This document shows, in pieces, positions 10,167 through 21,114 of a DNA stretch of 64,000 nt (the first letter of the stretch is position 1; the number at the start of each line of letters is the position of its first letter). Source of the stretch: Parcubacteria group bacterium Gr01-1014_13 (GTDB lineage: Bacteria; Patescibacteriota; Patescibacteriia; Magasanikbacterales; GWA2-37-8); the NCBI GenBank assembly GCA_007376295.1, contig VMGB01000002.1, positions 66,844 to 130,843 of the forward strand. The letters run 5' to 3'. The notes below the pieces were generated by a model that saw only the letters and a list, made by a program, of their open reading frames with translations, was not told the DNA's origin and did not search any database. Position numbers and translations under genes: made by a program.

Positions 10167-10394
10167 ATGGTTGAAACTGAAAAAAAGGATCCTTATCGTG
10201 GCGGACCGAAGCCGGAGCAAGTCAAGGAGTTTTCCTCTGTAAGTGCCTTAAATGATTGGCTGGCGAAGGATGGGGTTATGATGGAAATTATCCAACGTAC
10301 TGTTGCTATCTGTGGGGCAACGGGCCCTGAAAGTCATTTCTCTGCTTTGAAAACCAAGACTATCTATGTCATTTGGTACCGTCCAAAAGAGTAG
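10167..10394 (+). CDS. Small Cse60-like paralog 3
   Basis: DPYRGGPKPEQVKEF...LNDWL...YVIWYRPKE; SD AGGAGG. Confidence 0.8.
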   Translation: MVETEKKDPYRGGPKPEQVKEFSSVSALNDWLAKDGVMMEIIQRTVAICGATGPESHFSALKTKTIYVIWYRPKE

Positions 10395-10581
10395 GTAGTA
10401 GTCCTCAAATTCATCTTCAAGGCTCAAAGCGTGTTTAATACCGTTTTGAGCCTTTATATTTTAGTTTTAGTGTACAACCTGTGGATAAAATTTTGGAGAA
10501 ATTATTTTTTCACCTAATTTTCTTTAAAATTAGCCAAAAAGGCTCTTTCCCTTGACAAACCAAAAATTTCTGTTTTTTACT

Positions 10582-10898
10582 TGACAATAGTATATATATG
10601 GAGTAATATGTAAATACTTTACACTTCTCTAAAGAGAGAGAACATAATTTTGCCTAAGATTAGCAGAAATTTTGAAGCCTTAAATTAAAAAGGTTGCAAA
10701 ATCGTGCAAGGATTAAATTAAGCCCAGCCATTCGGTACGCCGGTGGGAGGGGCTCTAATAAATATCATGTTGGCCTTGCGATTACTAGCGAAATTTTAAA
10801 GAAGAATACTCCTACGCCCTGAAAGCGTGAGTTTTTTTGTTTTCTACCAATAAATTTTTAATTAATTTTAATAAAAATCATTTTTTAAACAGAAAGTT
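10582..10898 (+). promoter_or_regulatory. rpoB promoter and long structured 5' leader with a terminator-like hairpin
   Basis: TTGACA-17-TAATAT, then several hairpins including a UACG-capped stem and actc..gagt+T7. Confidence 0.6.
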
Positions 10899-13800
10899 AT
10901 GCCAATTTTTAAACGCCAAGCCCTGAAGACATTGGAAAGAAAATTTTTTACCAATGTTCGCGATGCCATGCCAGTACCCGATCTTATCGAGGTACAAAAA
11001 AGTTCTTACGACTGGTTTTTGAAATTCGGAGTCAAAGAATTATTTGACGAAGTTTCTCCAATGACCGATTTTACCGGACGCGACTTGGAACTTTACATGG
11101 ATGACTATTATTTGGACGAACCAAAGTTTGACGAAGTAGTTTGTCGCGAAAGAAATTTAACTTTTGAAGCTCCTCTCCGCGTTACTGCTCGATTACTCAA
11201 CAAACGCACTAGCCAATCTAAATCTCAAGAAATTTATTTAGGCGATATTCCGCTAATGACTCAGCGCGGTACTTTTATTATCAACGGAATTGAACGTGTA
11301 GTTGTTTCTCAGCTTATCCGCAGCGCTGGCGCCTTCTTCACTGCTGAAAATATTCGCGGCCGCAGATATTATGGAGCTAAAATTATTCCAAATCGTGGTG
11401 CTTGGATAGAAATTGAAACTGACATGAATAATGTCGTTTGGATTAAGGTAGATCGCAAAAGAAAAGTGGCCGCCACTTCACTTCTGCGCGCTTTTGGTTA
11501 TGAAACCGATGAAAAATTAATTGAACTTTTTAAAGATGTAAATACTCACCCAAGCATCGATTATATCGATGCCACTATCAAAAAAGATTTGGCAAAAAAT
11601 CCTGACGAAGGTTTGATTGAAGTTTACAAGAGAATTCGTCCAGGTGATTTAGCTACTGCTGACAATGCCAAGAGTTTGATTTACGCCATGTTCTTCAACT
11701 TCGAACGTTATGATTTAGGACGCGTCGGTGTTTACAAATTCAATACTAAATTTGATTTGGGATATAACAGTGACGATTACGACAAAAAAGAAAACAGAGT
11801 TTTATCTCCAGAAAAATTATTGGCGGTAATTCAAGAAGTTGTCCGGTTAAACGTCACTCAAGACGAACCAGATGATATCGATCACTTGGGCAACAGACGT
11901 ATTCGCGCTGTTGGTGAATTAGCCCAAAATCGTTTCCGCGTTGGTTTGGCCCGCATGGAACGTATTGTTAAAGACCGCATGAGTACTCAAGAACTGGAAG
12001 CGTTGTCTCCAAACAAATTAATCAATGCTAGACCAGTGATTTCTGCCATCCGTGAATTCTTCATGAGTTCGCAGTTGTCTCAATTCATGGATCAAACCAA
12101 TCCGCTTTCCGAATTAGAACATAAACGCCGCGTGAGCGCTTTGGGTCCAGGAGGTTTATCTCGTGATCGCGCTGGCTTCGAAGTTCGCGACGTACACACT
12201 ACTCACTATGGCCGTATCTGTCCGATTGCTACTCCAGAAGGACCAAACATCGGTTTGGTAAACCACCTTTCCAGTTTTGCCCGCGTAAATGAATTTGGTT
12301 TTATTGAAACTCCATACAGAAAAGTTTTGAAAGAAGTTTCTAATGATCCTAAATTTACTGAAGGTGAAATTTTGTCTGAAGAAGTTGGCGGAGTAAAGGA
12401 AGGTACAAAAATTACCAAAGATATTGCTGCTAAGTTGGCTAAGGCTAAAAACAAAACTATTCCGGTACGTTCTCGCGTTACCAATGAAATTGTTTATTTA
12501 AACGCTTTTAAAGAAGAAAAAGTAAACACTGCCGCCGCTACTACCAGAGTAGATGCCGATGGGTATTTCTTGGACGAAACAGTGCCTACTCGTATTCATG
12601 GTAATCCAGGTGTAGGCAGAACTAGCGAACTCGATTATATAGATGTCGCTTCCAATCAAATTATTTCTATCGCTACTTCCTGTATTCCTTTCTTGGAACA
12701 CGACGACGCCACCCGCGCGCTCATGGGTACGAACATGCAAAGACAGGCTGTGCCTTGTATTCGACCACAGCCGCCGCTAGTTGGTACTGGTATGGAAGAA
12801 AAAGCCGCTTACTATTCCGGCTATGTTATTCTTTCCGAAACAGATGGTGAAGTTACTGAAGTAGATGGTAATCATATTGTGGTAACCGATAAAAAAGGTG
12901 CTAAGCACACTTATCATTTAGCTAAATTTGTTCGCTCCAATCATTCTACTTGTGTTAACCAAACTCCAACCGTAAATTTGGGAGACAAAGTGAAAAAGGG
13001 TCAAGGTTTGACTGATGGTCCTGGTATAAAAAATGGTGAATTATCTTTGGGTCAAAACATGTTGGTAGCCTATATGGTTTGGGATGGCTATAACTATGAA
13101 GACGCGATTATCGTTTCTGAACGCGTAGTGCAAAGAGATAATTTCACTTCTATCCATATTGAAGATTATCCAATTGATGTTCGCGAAACAAAACTTGGTC
13201 CGGAAATTATTACTTCTGACATTCCAAACGTTAGTGAAGAAAAATTAAAGAATTTGGACAGCGAAGGTATTGTCCGTATCGGCGCCGAAGCAAAATCCGG
13301 CGATATTTTAGTAGGTAAAATTACTCCAAAAGGTGAAACTGAATTAAGTGCTGAAGAAAGATTGCTTAGAGCTATCTTTGGTGAAAAAGCCCGTGATGTT
13401 CGCGACTCCTCTCTGTATTTAGAACACGGCGAACACGGCCGCGTTACTGGAATCAAAGTTTTCTCTGCTGAAAACGGCGACAAATTACAACCTGGTGTTA
13501 TTAAACAAGTACAGGTTCGTGTGGCTGACATGAGAAAAGTTCAAGTTGGTGACAAGATGGCTGGTCGTCATGGTAACAAAGGTGTTATCTCCAAAGTTGT
13601 TCCAGCTGAAGACATGCCTTTCTTAGAAGATGGTACTCCGGTAGATATTATTCTTTCTCCGCTCGGTGTTATTTCCCGTATGAACTTGGGTCAGATTTTG
13701 GAAACCCACTTAGGGTTGGCAGTAAATGCTTTGGGTTACAAAGTAGCTACTCCAGTTCTAAATGGTATTAACGAAGCGCAAATCAAACAAGAATTAGAAA

Positions 13801-14336
13801 AAGCCGGCTTGCCAACCAGCGGTCAAGTTACCTTATATGATGGCCGTACCGGTGAACCGTATGATCACAAAGTGACTGTGGGTTACAACTACATGTTGAA
13901 ATTGAACCACATGGTTGAAGACAAGATTCACCAGAGATCTATTGGTCCATACAGCTTGATTACCCAACAGCCTTTGGGTGGTAAGGCTCAATTCGGTGGT
14001 CAGAGATTCGGTGAAATGGAAGTCTGGGCCCTGGAAGCTTACGGCGCTGCTCATACTTTGCAAGAAATTTTAACAATTAAATCCGACGATGTTACTGGCC
14101 GCTCCAAAGCCTATGAAGCTATCATTAAGGGTGAGCCTATTACTCGTGTGAACTTGCCAGAATCATTCAATGTTTTGGTCCGAGAACTTAAAGGTCTCTG
14201 TTTAGATGTGGAATTATTACAAAGGTCAGAATCAGGAGAATACACCCCGGTCGAAGAGGTGAAGCAACAGAAAGAAAGAGAAGCTAGAGAAGCGGGTGTA
14301 GAGAATGCTCCGGCTGCAGCGAGAAAAAGCGAATAA
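10899..14336 (+). CDS. rpoB: RNA polymerase beta subunit
   Basis: [40 protein letters not shown]. Confidence 0.99.
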   Translation: MPIFKRQALKTLERKFFTNVRDAMPVPDLIEVQKSSYDWFLKFGVKELFDEVSPMTDFTGRDLELYMDDYYLDEPKFDEVVCRERNLTFEAPLRVTARLLNKRTSQSKSQEIYLGDIPLMTQRGTFIINGIERVVVSQLIRSAGAFFTAENIRGRRYYGAKIIPNRGAWIEIETDMNNVVWIKVDRKRKVAATSLLRAFGYETDEKLIELFKDVNTHPSIDYIDATIKKDLAKNPDEGLIEVYKRIRPGDLATADNAKSLIYAMFFNFERYDLGRVGVYKFNTKFDLGYNSDDYDKKENRVLSPEKLLAVIQEVVRLNVTQDEPDDIDHLGNRRIRAVGELAQNRFRVGLARMERIVKDRMSTQELEALSPNKLINARPVISAIREFFMSSQLSQFMDQTNPLSELEHKRRVSALGPGGLSRDRAGFEVRDVHTTHYGRICPIATPEGPNIGLVNHLSSFARVNEFGFIETPYRKVLKEVSNDPKFTEGEILSEEVGGVKEGTKITKDIAAKLAKAKNKTIPVRSRVTNEIVYLNAFKEEKVNTAAATTRVDADGYFLDETVPTRIHGNPGVGRTSELDYIDVASNQIISIATSCIPFLEHDDATRALMGTNMQRQAVPCIRPQPPLVGTGMEEKAAYYSGYVILSETDGEVTEVDGNHIVVTDKKGAKHTYHLAKFVRSNHSTCVNQTPTVNLGDKVKKGQGLTDGPGIKNGELSLGQNMLVAYMVWDGYNYEDAIIVSERVVQRDNFTSIHIEDYPIDVRETKLGPEIITSDIPNVSEEKLKNLDSEGIVRIGAEAKSGDILVGKITPKGETELSAEERLLRAIFGEKARDVRDSSLYLEHGEHGRVTGIKVFSAENGDKLQPGVIKQVQVRVADMRKVQVGDKMAGRHGNKGVISKVVPAEDMPFLEDGTPVDIILSPLGVISRMNLGQILETHLGLAVNALGYKVATPVLNGINEAQIKQELEKAGLPTSGQVTLYDGRTGEPYDHKVTVGYNYMLKLNHMVEDKIHQRSIGPYSLITQQPLGGKAQFGGQRFGEMEVWALEAYGAAHTLQEILTIKSDDVTGRSKAYEAIIKGEPITRVNLPESFNVLVRELKGLCLDVELLQRSESGEYTPVEEVKQQKEREAREAGVENAPAAARKSE

Positions 14337-14367
14337 TAATTTCCATAAACTTCTTATCTAAAATTAT

Positions 14368-17300
14368 ATGACCGATAATCTTTACCCAGCGGACTTCGAT
14401 GCCATTCGCCTCAAACTAGCTTCTCCGGAAGTTGTTAAAGGATGGTCTTATGGTGAAGTCCATAAACCAGAAACAATTAATTACCGCACCCAAAAACCGG
14501 AAAAAGGTGGTTTGTTTGCCGAAGAAATTTTTGGCCCAACAAAAGATTGGGAATGTTATTGTGGAAAATATAAAAAAATCCGCTACAAAGGAATCGTCTG
14601 TGATAAATGTTCCGTAGAAGTTACTCACTCTTCCGTTCGCCGCGAACGCATGGGCCACATTGAACTTTCTGCTCCAGTAGCCCATATTTGGTTCTTGCGC
14701 TCTGTGCCTTCTAAGATTGGTTTGGTGTTGGATCTATCCGCCCAAGCTTTAGAAAAAGTTGTTTACTTTGCTTCTTTTGTTATTACACACGTAAATGAAG
14801 AAGAAAAGAAAAAAACAAGCGACATGTTGCGCCAGGAATACAAGACTAAGAAAAAACAGATTGAAAAAGAAGCGAGTGATAAAGTAAAAAGCGCTAATGA
14901 TAAAAAATTGGGCGCTGAAATGTTGGAAAAAATCCAAGAAGATGCAGAAAGAAAATATAAATCCCTGGATGAAGATTTCCAACAGGCTGATAAAGAATTA
15001 AAAGAACTGCAAGTGATGAAGATTGTTTCTGAAAATAAATATCAGGAATTATCTTTGCGTTACGGTCATTTATTCGAAGCCGCTATTGGTGCCGATGGTA
15101 TCAGAAATCTTTTGGCCAGAATTAATTTGGATGAAACTATTAAAAAATTAGCCGAAGAACAACCAAAAGTTAAAGGTTCAAAATTAGAACGCATTATCCG
15201 CCGCAAAAAAGTTTTGAAGAGTTTTTTCTCAAACAAAATTCGTCCGGAATGGATGGTTCTTCAATCAATTCCAGTTATTCCTCCTGATTTACGCCCAATG
15301 GTAGCTTTGGATGGCGGACGTTTTGCTACTTCAGATTTAAATGATTTATACAGACGCGTTATTAACCGCAACAATCGTTTGCGCCGGCTTTTGGAATTAG
15401 ATGCTCCAGAAGTTATCTGCCGCAATGAAAAACGCATGTTGCAAGAAGCTGTTGATGCTTTAATTGACAACAACGCTCGTCATGCCAAGACTGTGACCGC
15501 TTCTACTGGTCAAAAGAGACAATTACGCTCTTTGGCTGATATTTTGAAAGGTAAACAGGGTCGTTTCCGTCAGAATTTGCTTGGTAAACGCGTGGACTAC
15601 TCAGGTCGTTCCGTAATTGTGGTTGGTCCAAACTTAAATATTGATGAATGTGGTCTGCCAAAGAGAATGGCTTTGGAATTATTCAAACCATTTATCATGA
15701 GTGAAGTTATCAAGCGTGAATTGGCTCACAATGTCCGCAGTGCTTCTAGATATATAGAAGCGGAACATGATGAAGTTTGGGATATTTTGGAAGAATTGAC
15801 CAAGAAAACCCGCGTATTACTTAACCGCGCTCCGACTTTGCACCGTTTAGGTATCCAAGCTTTTCACCCCCGCTTAATTGAAGGTAAAGCTATCCAGTTG
15901 CACCCACTCGTTTGTACCGCTTTCAACGCCGACTTCGACGGTGACCAGATGGCTGTTCACTTACCTCTTACTGCTGAAGCACGTTTTGAAGCTGACACCT
16001 TGATGGCCGCTGAAAAAAATATTTTAAAGCCTGCTACTGGCAGTCCGGTAATTACTCCTAAGCAAGATATTGCTTTGGGCTGTTACTACTTAACCAGATA
16101 CGAAACAGGTGATACTGCTGAAGTAAAGAAATATTTTAGTTCCGAGAAAGAAGCTATCCTGGCTTATCGTTCTCGTGTTATAACTTTGCAAGACAGAATT
16201 AAGGTTCGCTTCCAAGATATGAGCCGATTTGAAGAAGGCACAAAACCATTAATCGAAACTTCTGTAGGCAGAATATTCTTTAACAGAATTTTGCCGCCAC
16301 AACTTCCATATATTAATGAAACTATTACTGCCAAAAAATCAGGCCAGATTATCCGTATGTGTTTGGAGTTAACAAATGATGACCAGCAACAAGTTGCATT
16401 CTTTTTGGATGAATTAAAGAACTTGGGTTATCGTTATGTTACCAAATCTGGATATTCTCTGGGCATGGACGACTTCCCAACTATCGTAGAAAAGCCGGGA
16501 ATGTTAGCCGAGTCCGACAAAATGGTGGCACAAGTAGAAGAACAATACCAAGAAGGTTTGCTTACCAATTCCGAACGTCACGTTAAGATTTTGGAAATTT
16601 GGGCTGATACCAAAGAAAGAATCGTTGCCAATAACCAAAAAGCTTTGCGCAAAGACGGTCCGGTATTCGCGATGATTGATTCTGGTGCCCGCGGAAGCTG
16701 GGGCCAGTTGGGTCAGGTTATCGGTATGAAAGGTTTGGTGGCCTCACCATCTGGTGACACCATCGAATTGCCGGTAAAAGGCAACTTTAAAGAAGGTTTC
16801 GATGTACTTGAATTCTTTATCTCTTCTCACGGTACTAGAAAAGGTTTGACTGATACGGCTTTACGTACTGCTAACGCTGGTTACTTAACCCGCCGTTTAG
16901 TAGATGTAGCGCAAGATGTGATTGTATTTGAAGATGATTGTGGCGATACTTCAGGAGAAGTATTTACTGCCCACCAATCTCAAGAAATGGGTGAAAAACT
17001 ATCTGACCGTATTTGGAGCCGCTATTCTTTAGAGACTATAAAAGTTGGTAATAAAGTTATTATCAAAGAAGGAGAAATCATTGACGACAAGACTGCTCGC
17101 TACATTGATGAACACAAGATTGATTCAGTTAAAGTACGCAGTGTTCTGCAATGCAGAATGCAAAAAGGAATTTGCCGCAAATGTTATGGCTTTGATTTGT
17201 CCAAGAATAAACCAGTAGAATTTGGTGTAGCCGTAGGTATTATCTCTGCTCAATCCATCGGTGAGCCTGGTACTCAGCTAACCATGAGAACCTTCCATAC

Positions 17301-18246
17301 TGGTGGTGTGGCAGGTGGTGCCGATATTACCCAAGGTTTGCCTCGTGTAGATGAATTGTTTGAAGCTCGTGCTCCAAAGAAACAAGCTATGTTGGCAGAA
17401 GTATCTGGTGAAATTGAAATTGAAAAAGCTGACGGTAAAATTATTACTTCTCCAAGCGGCAAGAAAATTTTTGAAGGCCGACGCGGACAAGAAATTATCC
17501 ATATTCATTTCTCCGGTATGGATGAAATGAAGATAAAGAGTAAGTCCGAAGACGAAGTGATGGTAAAAGACGGTGGAACTGTAAAACAAGACGAAGTAAT
17601 TTTGGTACGCGGATCATCTGGTGAAGAAGTAGTTGCCAAATATGCCGGCAATATCAAAATTGAAAAGAATACTATTACCCTCACTTACGAAGGCCCTCAT
17701 GTACGTGAGTACATTGTACCGTTAGGTTACAAAGTCTTGGTAAAGACAGGTGACAAGGTAGAAAAAGGTGATATTCTTACAGATGGCAGTATCAATCCGC
17801 ACCAATTGTTTGAACTAAAAGGCAAAGAAGCTGTACAGAGATATATTTTGCAAGAAGTACAGGGAATTTACTCTTCTCAAGGTCAGAAAGTGAACGACAA
17901 GCACGTAGAATTGGTAATTCGTCAGATGTTTAGTCGTGTTTACGTAGAAGACGCCGGCGACACCGATCTATTGCCAGGTGAAGTGGTAGAAAAATCACAA
18001 CTTGATTTTGCTAACCGCCAAGCAAAGAAAGATGGTGGCAAGAATGCTGTCGGCAGAGAATTGTTCTTGGGTATCAGTAAGATTGCGCTTTCCACCCAGA
18101 GCTTCTTATCGGCCGCATCGTTTCAAGAAACCGCCAGAGTGTTGATCAATACTGCCATCACCGGCAAGATCGACCACTTGGAAGGTTTGAAAGAAAATGT
18201 GATTATCGGACGTTTGATTCCGGCTGGAACTGGGTTTAAACAGTAA
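14368..18246 (+). CDS. rpoC: RNA polymerase beta' subunit
   Basis: Zn ribbon, catalytic NADFDGD, GEPGTQLTMRTFH, ENVIIGRLIPAGTG. Confidence 0.99.
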   Translation: MTDNLYPADFDAIRLKLASPEVVKGWSYGEVHKPETINYRTQKPEKGGLFAEEIFGPTKDWECYCGKYKKIRYKGIVCDKCSVEVTHSSVRRERMGHIELSAPVAHIWFLRSVPSKIGLVLDLSAQALEKVVYFASFVITHVNEEEKKKTSDMLRQEYKTKKKQIEKEASDKVKSANDKKLGAEMLEKIQEDAERKYKSLDEDFQQADKELKELQVMKIVSENKYQELSLRYGHLFEAAIGADGIRNLLARINLDETIKKLAEEQPKVKGSKLERIIRRKKVLKSFFSNKIRPEWMVLQSIPVIPPDLRPMVALDGGRFATSDLNDLYRRVINRNNRLRRLLELDAPEVICRNEKRMLQEAVDALIDNNARHAKTVTASTGQKRQLRSLADILKGKQGRFRQNLLGKRVDYSGRSVIVVGPNLNIDECGLPKRMALELFKPFIMSEVIKRELAHNVRSASRYIEAEHDEVWDILEELTKKTRVLLNRAPTLHRLGIQAFHPRLIEGKAIQLHPLVCTAFNADFDGDQMAVHLPLTAEARFEADTLMAAEKNILKPATGSPVITPKQDIALGCYYLTRYETGDTAEVKKYFSSEKEAILAYRSRVITLQDRIKVRFQDMSRFEEGTKPLIETSVGRIFFNRILPPQLPYINETITAKKSGQIIRMCLELTNDDQQQVAFFLDELKNLGYRYVTKSGYSLGMDDFPTIVEKPGMLAESDKMVAQVEEQYQEGLLTNSERHVKILEIWADTKERIVANNQKALRKDGPVFAMIDSGARGSWGQLGQVIGMKGLVASPSGDTIELPVKGNFKEGFDVLEFFISSHGTRKGLTDTALRTANAGYLTRRLVDVAQDVIVFEDDCGDTSGEVFTAHQSQEMGEKLSDRIWSRYSLETIKVGNKVIIKEGEIIDDKTARYIDEHKIDSVKVRSVLQCRMQKGICRKCYGFDLSKNKPVEFGVAVGIISAQSIGEPGTQLTMRTFHTGGVAGGADITQGLPRVDELFEARAPKKQAMLAEVSGEIEIEKADGKIITSPSGKKIFEGRRGQEIIHIHFSGMDEMKIKSKSEDEVMVKDGGTVKQDEVILVRGSSGEEVVAKYAGNIKIEKNTITLTYEGPHVREYIVPLGYKVLVKTGDKVEKGDILTDGSINPHQLFELKGKEAVQRYILQEVQGIYSSQGQKVNDKHVELVIRQMFSRVYVEDAGDTDLLPGEVVEKSQLDFANRQAKKDGGKNAVGRELFLGISKIALSTQSFLSAASFQETARVLINTAITGKIDHLEGLKENVIIGRLIPAGTGFKQ

Positions 18247-18252
18247 AAAACT
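18206..18252 (+). repeat. Direct repeat copy 1 (rpoC 3' end)
   Basis: 44/47 identical to 19221-19267. Confidence 0.95.
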
Positions 18253-18362
18253 ATTAAAAAGAAACAAAAACACTCCAAATAGGGGTGTTTTTGTTTGGGT
18301 TGATTTTATTGTAAGTTTGGGATAAGATTTGTGTATGGTTAAATTTTAATTCTTCGTACAAT

Positions 18363-19232
18363 ATGACAATGGAACATGGTTATCCGGGCAGACAACCGGA
18401 AGAAGATAAAACCAGAGAACTATTTGATTCATTAGGTGAGGATTTTAAAGTATGTTGGGACGCCTTAAATATATCACCAGACAAGGAGCAAAAATTTTTT
18501 GAAATATTAAAAAGATTAGAGAATAAAAAACAGGCAGAAAAACCTGTTTATTTGGATTATATAAAAAGATTATTTAAGGAGGAATTTGAAGAGTTTAAGC
18601 CAGATATTAAGCAATCAAACTTAGACTCTACAAAACATCTAGCCGGTTTAGCTGCAAGTTTTATCGAAAGAGTAGAATTTTTTGATAAAATTATTTCTGT
18701 CCCCGACCGTATTACCAACGGAGGCAGATCTGTGGGTGAATTGGAAGTAGCTTTGCGTGAAGCGGATGTTCTTACGGACGGTGAGAGTGAGATTGATATG
18801 ATACGTAGTGAAGATTTTAAAAGTTCAATTTTAAAAAATTCAGAACAGGAAAGAATTAGCTTGGTCAGGGTAATGCCCTTCTACCTTTTTAATGATAGAG
18901 AATATCGTTCATTAGAAGAAGTTAACAAAAAAGCAAAAGAGTTTGGATTGGAGTTATGTCCGCCAGAAGTCGGGCCAATCTATCGTTTGGCGTATCGACG
19001 AGAAGGAGAGTTAAAAAAAGACCAGCAAAATGATGAGGGATTAACTATAGCCATGAAACCCATTGTCTCTTCAAATGGTTTTTTAAAAACTTTTTATTTA
19101 GGATTTAGTGATAACGGACCATTTATTTGTGATGATAATGTTGATAATATAAATCCTGTTGCTACCCTTGTCTTCCGTCTCCGTCCAGAAAAACCTACTT
19201 CAAAATCAGAAGCTACTGAGTCGGTCGTTTGA
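18363..19232 (+). CDS. CPR-type hypothetical protein with ELCPPEVGP motif
   Basis: GLELCPPEVGPIYRLAY...IAMKPI...LVFRLR; promoter TTGATT(18300)-17-TAAGAT; stop lies inside the rpoC repeat copy. Confidence 0.85.
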   Translation: MTMEHGYPGRQPEEDKTRELFDSLGEDFKVCWDALNISPDKEQKFFEILKRLENKKQAEKPVYLDYIKRLFKEEFEEFKPDIKQSNLDSTKHLAGLAASFIERVEFFDKIISVPDRITNGGRSVGELEVALREADVLTDGESEIDMIRSEDFKSSILKNSEQERISLVRVMPFYLFNDREYRSLEEVNKKAKEFGLELCPPEVGPIYRLAYRREGELKKDQQNDEGLTIAMKPIVSSNGFLKTFYLGFSDNGPFICDDNVDNINPVATLVFRLRPEKPTSKSEATESVV

Positions 19233-19267
19233 TTCCAGCGGGAACTGGGTTTAAACAGTAAAAAACT
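19221..19267 (+). repeat. Direct repeat copy 2 (relic rpoC 3' end, GRLIPAGTGFKQ*)
   Basis: Three third-position differences from rpoC; followed by a terminator similar to rpoC's. Confidence 0.95.
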
Positions 19268-19354
19268 TCAAACAAAAAGACACCCGAACGGGTGTCTTTT
19301 TGTATTGACAAAAATTATAATTTATTGTATGTTTTCTCCACAAGGAGATTAAGG

Positions 19355-19780
19355 ATGAGCAATCAGACGTTCCCTTCGACAGCTTTAGATAGCGAGCTAA
19401 TACCAAGTGGATGGAAGATAGTGGAGGATGTTGAACCTTCACAACTCGATGGCATGATGATTAAGACTGTATCCTTTCTTTTCGAGGGAGAAGAAAATAT
19501 CCCTGGCGAAGTGATGCTTGAACGCGCTGAGGAAATGAAAGCTAACCTCGGATTTGCAGATGCTAAGTATTTAGCGAACCATCAGGATAAAATTTCGATT
19601 GAATTTCGATACAATTGCCTCGTGTTTAGCGGTACAGTTTTTGAGGACTTGAGGGGTTGTTTACACCTAGCGTACTTAGCTTTTGGTGAGGGTAACCGTT
19701 GGCATTTGCTCTTCGTTCAGATTGACGGCGTCTATTGGACAGATGATTTTCGTCTTCTGTGTTGTAAAGATTTTTCTTAG
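19355..19780 (+). CDS. Orphan protein, paralog of 41121-41564
   Basis: ANLGFADAKYLANHQDKI...LVFSGT...AYL...W; promoter TTGACA(19305)-17-TATGTT; SD AAGGAG. Confidence 0.85.
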   Translation: MSNQTFPSTALDSELIPSGWKIVEDVEPSQLDGMMIKTVSFLFEGEENIPGEVMLERAEEMKANLGFADAKYLANHQDKISIEFRYNCLVFSGTVFEDLRGCLHLAYLAFGEGNRWHLLFVQIDGVYWTDDFRLLCCKDFS

Positions 19781-19890
19781 ATCCTCGTTCGGAATTCGCT
19801 GTAAAAGTGAATGTTCGGCGAGGCTTTTTTATTTGATTTTAATGTAACTTTCGGTTAAAATTGGTGTATAAATATTAAGTACACTCCTTT

Positions 19891-20607
19891 ATGTCCGGTC
19901 ACTCGAAATGGCATAATATCCAAGGCAGAAAAGGCAAACAAGACGCTATTCGTAGCAGCCAATTCACTAAAATGGCTAAGCTTATTGCCGTCGCAGCCCG
20001 AAGTGGTGGCGATCCGACAATGAACTTTTCTTTGCGTCTTGCTATAGAAAAAGCCAAGGAAGTAGGCATGCCAAAAGACAATATTGAGCGCGCTATAAAA
20101 CGCGGTACCGGCGAGCTTGAAGGCGCCCAAATAGAAGAAGTAGTTTACGAAGGTTATGGCCCTGGTGGAGTAGCCGTACTTGTAAAATGTCTGACAGACA
20201 ACAAAAACCGAACAGTTTCCGATATCAAACACATTTTTTCTATACACGGCGGCTCTATGGCCGGCGCTGGTAGTGTAATGTGGATGTTTGCACAAATGGG
20301 AGTGATTGTCGTAGAAAAAGATAAAATCGAAACAAAGAGAGATGATTTTGATTTAAAAATGATTGAAGCTGGAGCTGAAGATATTAGCGAAGATGGCAAT
20401 TTGGAAATAAAAACAAAAATAGAAAATTTCCAAAAAGTTTTGTCGGCGGTAAAAGAAATGGGTATAGAGCCAACCGAATCCGGTTTGCAATGGGTTGCCA
20501 AAGATAAAGTGTCTGTAAGCGATGAGGTGGGCCAGCAATTAGGAAAATTATTTGAAGAGTTTGATGAGAACGATGATGTAGAAGATTATTTTACTAATGC
20601 CGAGTAA
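19891..20607 (+). CDS. yebC: YebC/PmpR family protein
   Basis: MSGHSKWHNI, MPKDNIERAI, YEGYGPGG, TDNKNRT. Confidence 0.97.
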   Translation: MSGHSKWHNIQGRKGKQDAIRSSQFTKMAKLIAVAARSGGDPTMNFSLRLAIEKAKEVGMPKDNIERAIKRGTGELEGAQIEEVVYEGYGPGGVAVLVKCLTDNKNRTVSDIKHIFSIHGGSMAGAGSVMWMFAQMGVIVVEKDKIETKRDDFDLKMIEAGAEDISEDGNLEIKTKIENFQKVLSAVKEMGIEPTESGLQWVAKDKVSVSDEVGQQLGKLFEEFDENDDVEDYFTNAE

Positions 20608-21109
20608 TATGCCAAAAGAAGAAATTATTCTCGGCATAGACCCGGGTTTTGGTCGGGTAGGTTGGGGTGTAATAAAAAAAGATGCCAAAGGTGAGTGGAG
20701 AGAATTAGGTTTTGGCTGTATAGAAACCTCTGCGAAAAAATCTTTTGTCGAAAGAATTTCTCAGATTCACGAAGAGTTAATAAATTTGATAAAAAAATAT
20801 AAGCCAACACGGATGGCTGTGGAAGAATTGTTCTTTTTTTCTAATGTAAAGACGGCTATAGAAGTGGGGCAGGCACGGGGAGTAATTCTGCTTACGGGCG
20901 TAGAAAATAATTTGCCTATAGATGAATTTACACCGTTGCAAGTCAAACAAGCTATAACTGGTTATGGCCGGGCGGAAAAAGACCAGATGCAAAAAATGGT
21001 AGTCGTAGTTCTGGGCATGAAAGTAAAAATAAAATCAGATGATGCAGCCGATGCGTTAGCAGTTGCCCTTTGTGCAGGACAGAGTCTGTGGGTTAAAAAA
21101 ATAAAATAA
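20597..21109 (+). CDS. ruvC: Holliday junction resolvase
   Basis: ILGIDPG, AVEELFF, GQARGV, DDAADALAVA; start may be 20609. Confidence 0.97.
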   Translation: MPSNMPKEEIILGIDPGFGRVGWGVIKKDAKGEWRELGFGCIETSAKKSFVERISQIHEELINLIKKYKPTRMAVEELFFFSNVKTAIEVGQARGVILLTGVENNLPIDEFTPLQVKQAITGYGRAEKDQMQKMVVVVLGMKVKIKSDDAADALAVALCAGQSLWVKKIK

Positions 21110-21114
21110 TTAGT

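Noticed and set aside
9471-10488. DnaA boxes (TTATGCACA at 9471; TGTGGATAA at 10480) suggesting oriC
   Set aside because: Only isolated boxes, with no cluster and no dnaA/dnaN nearby
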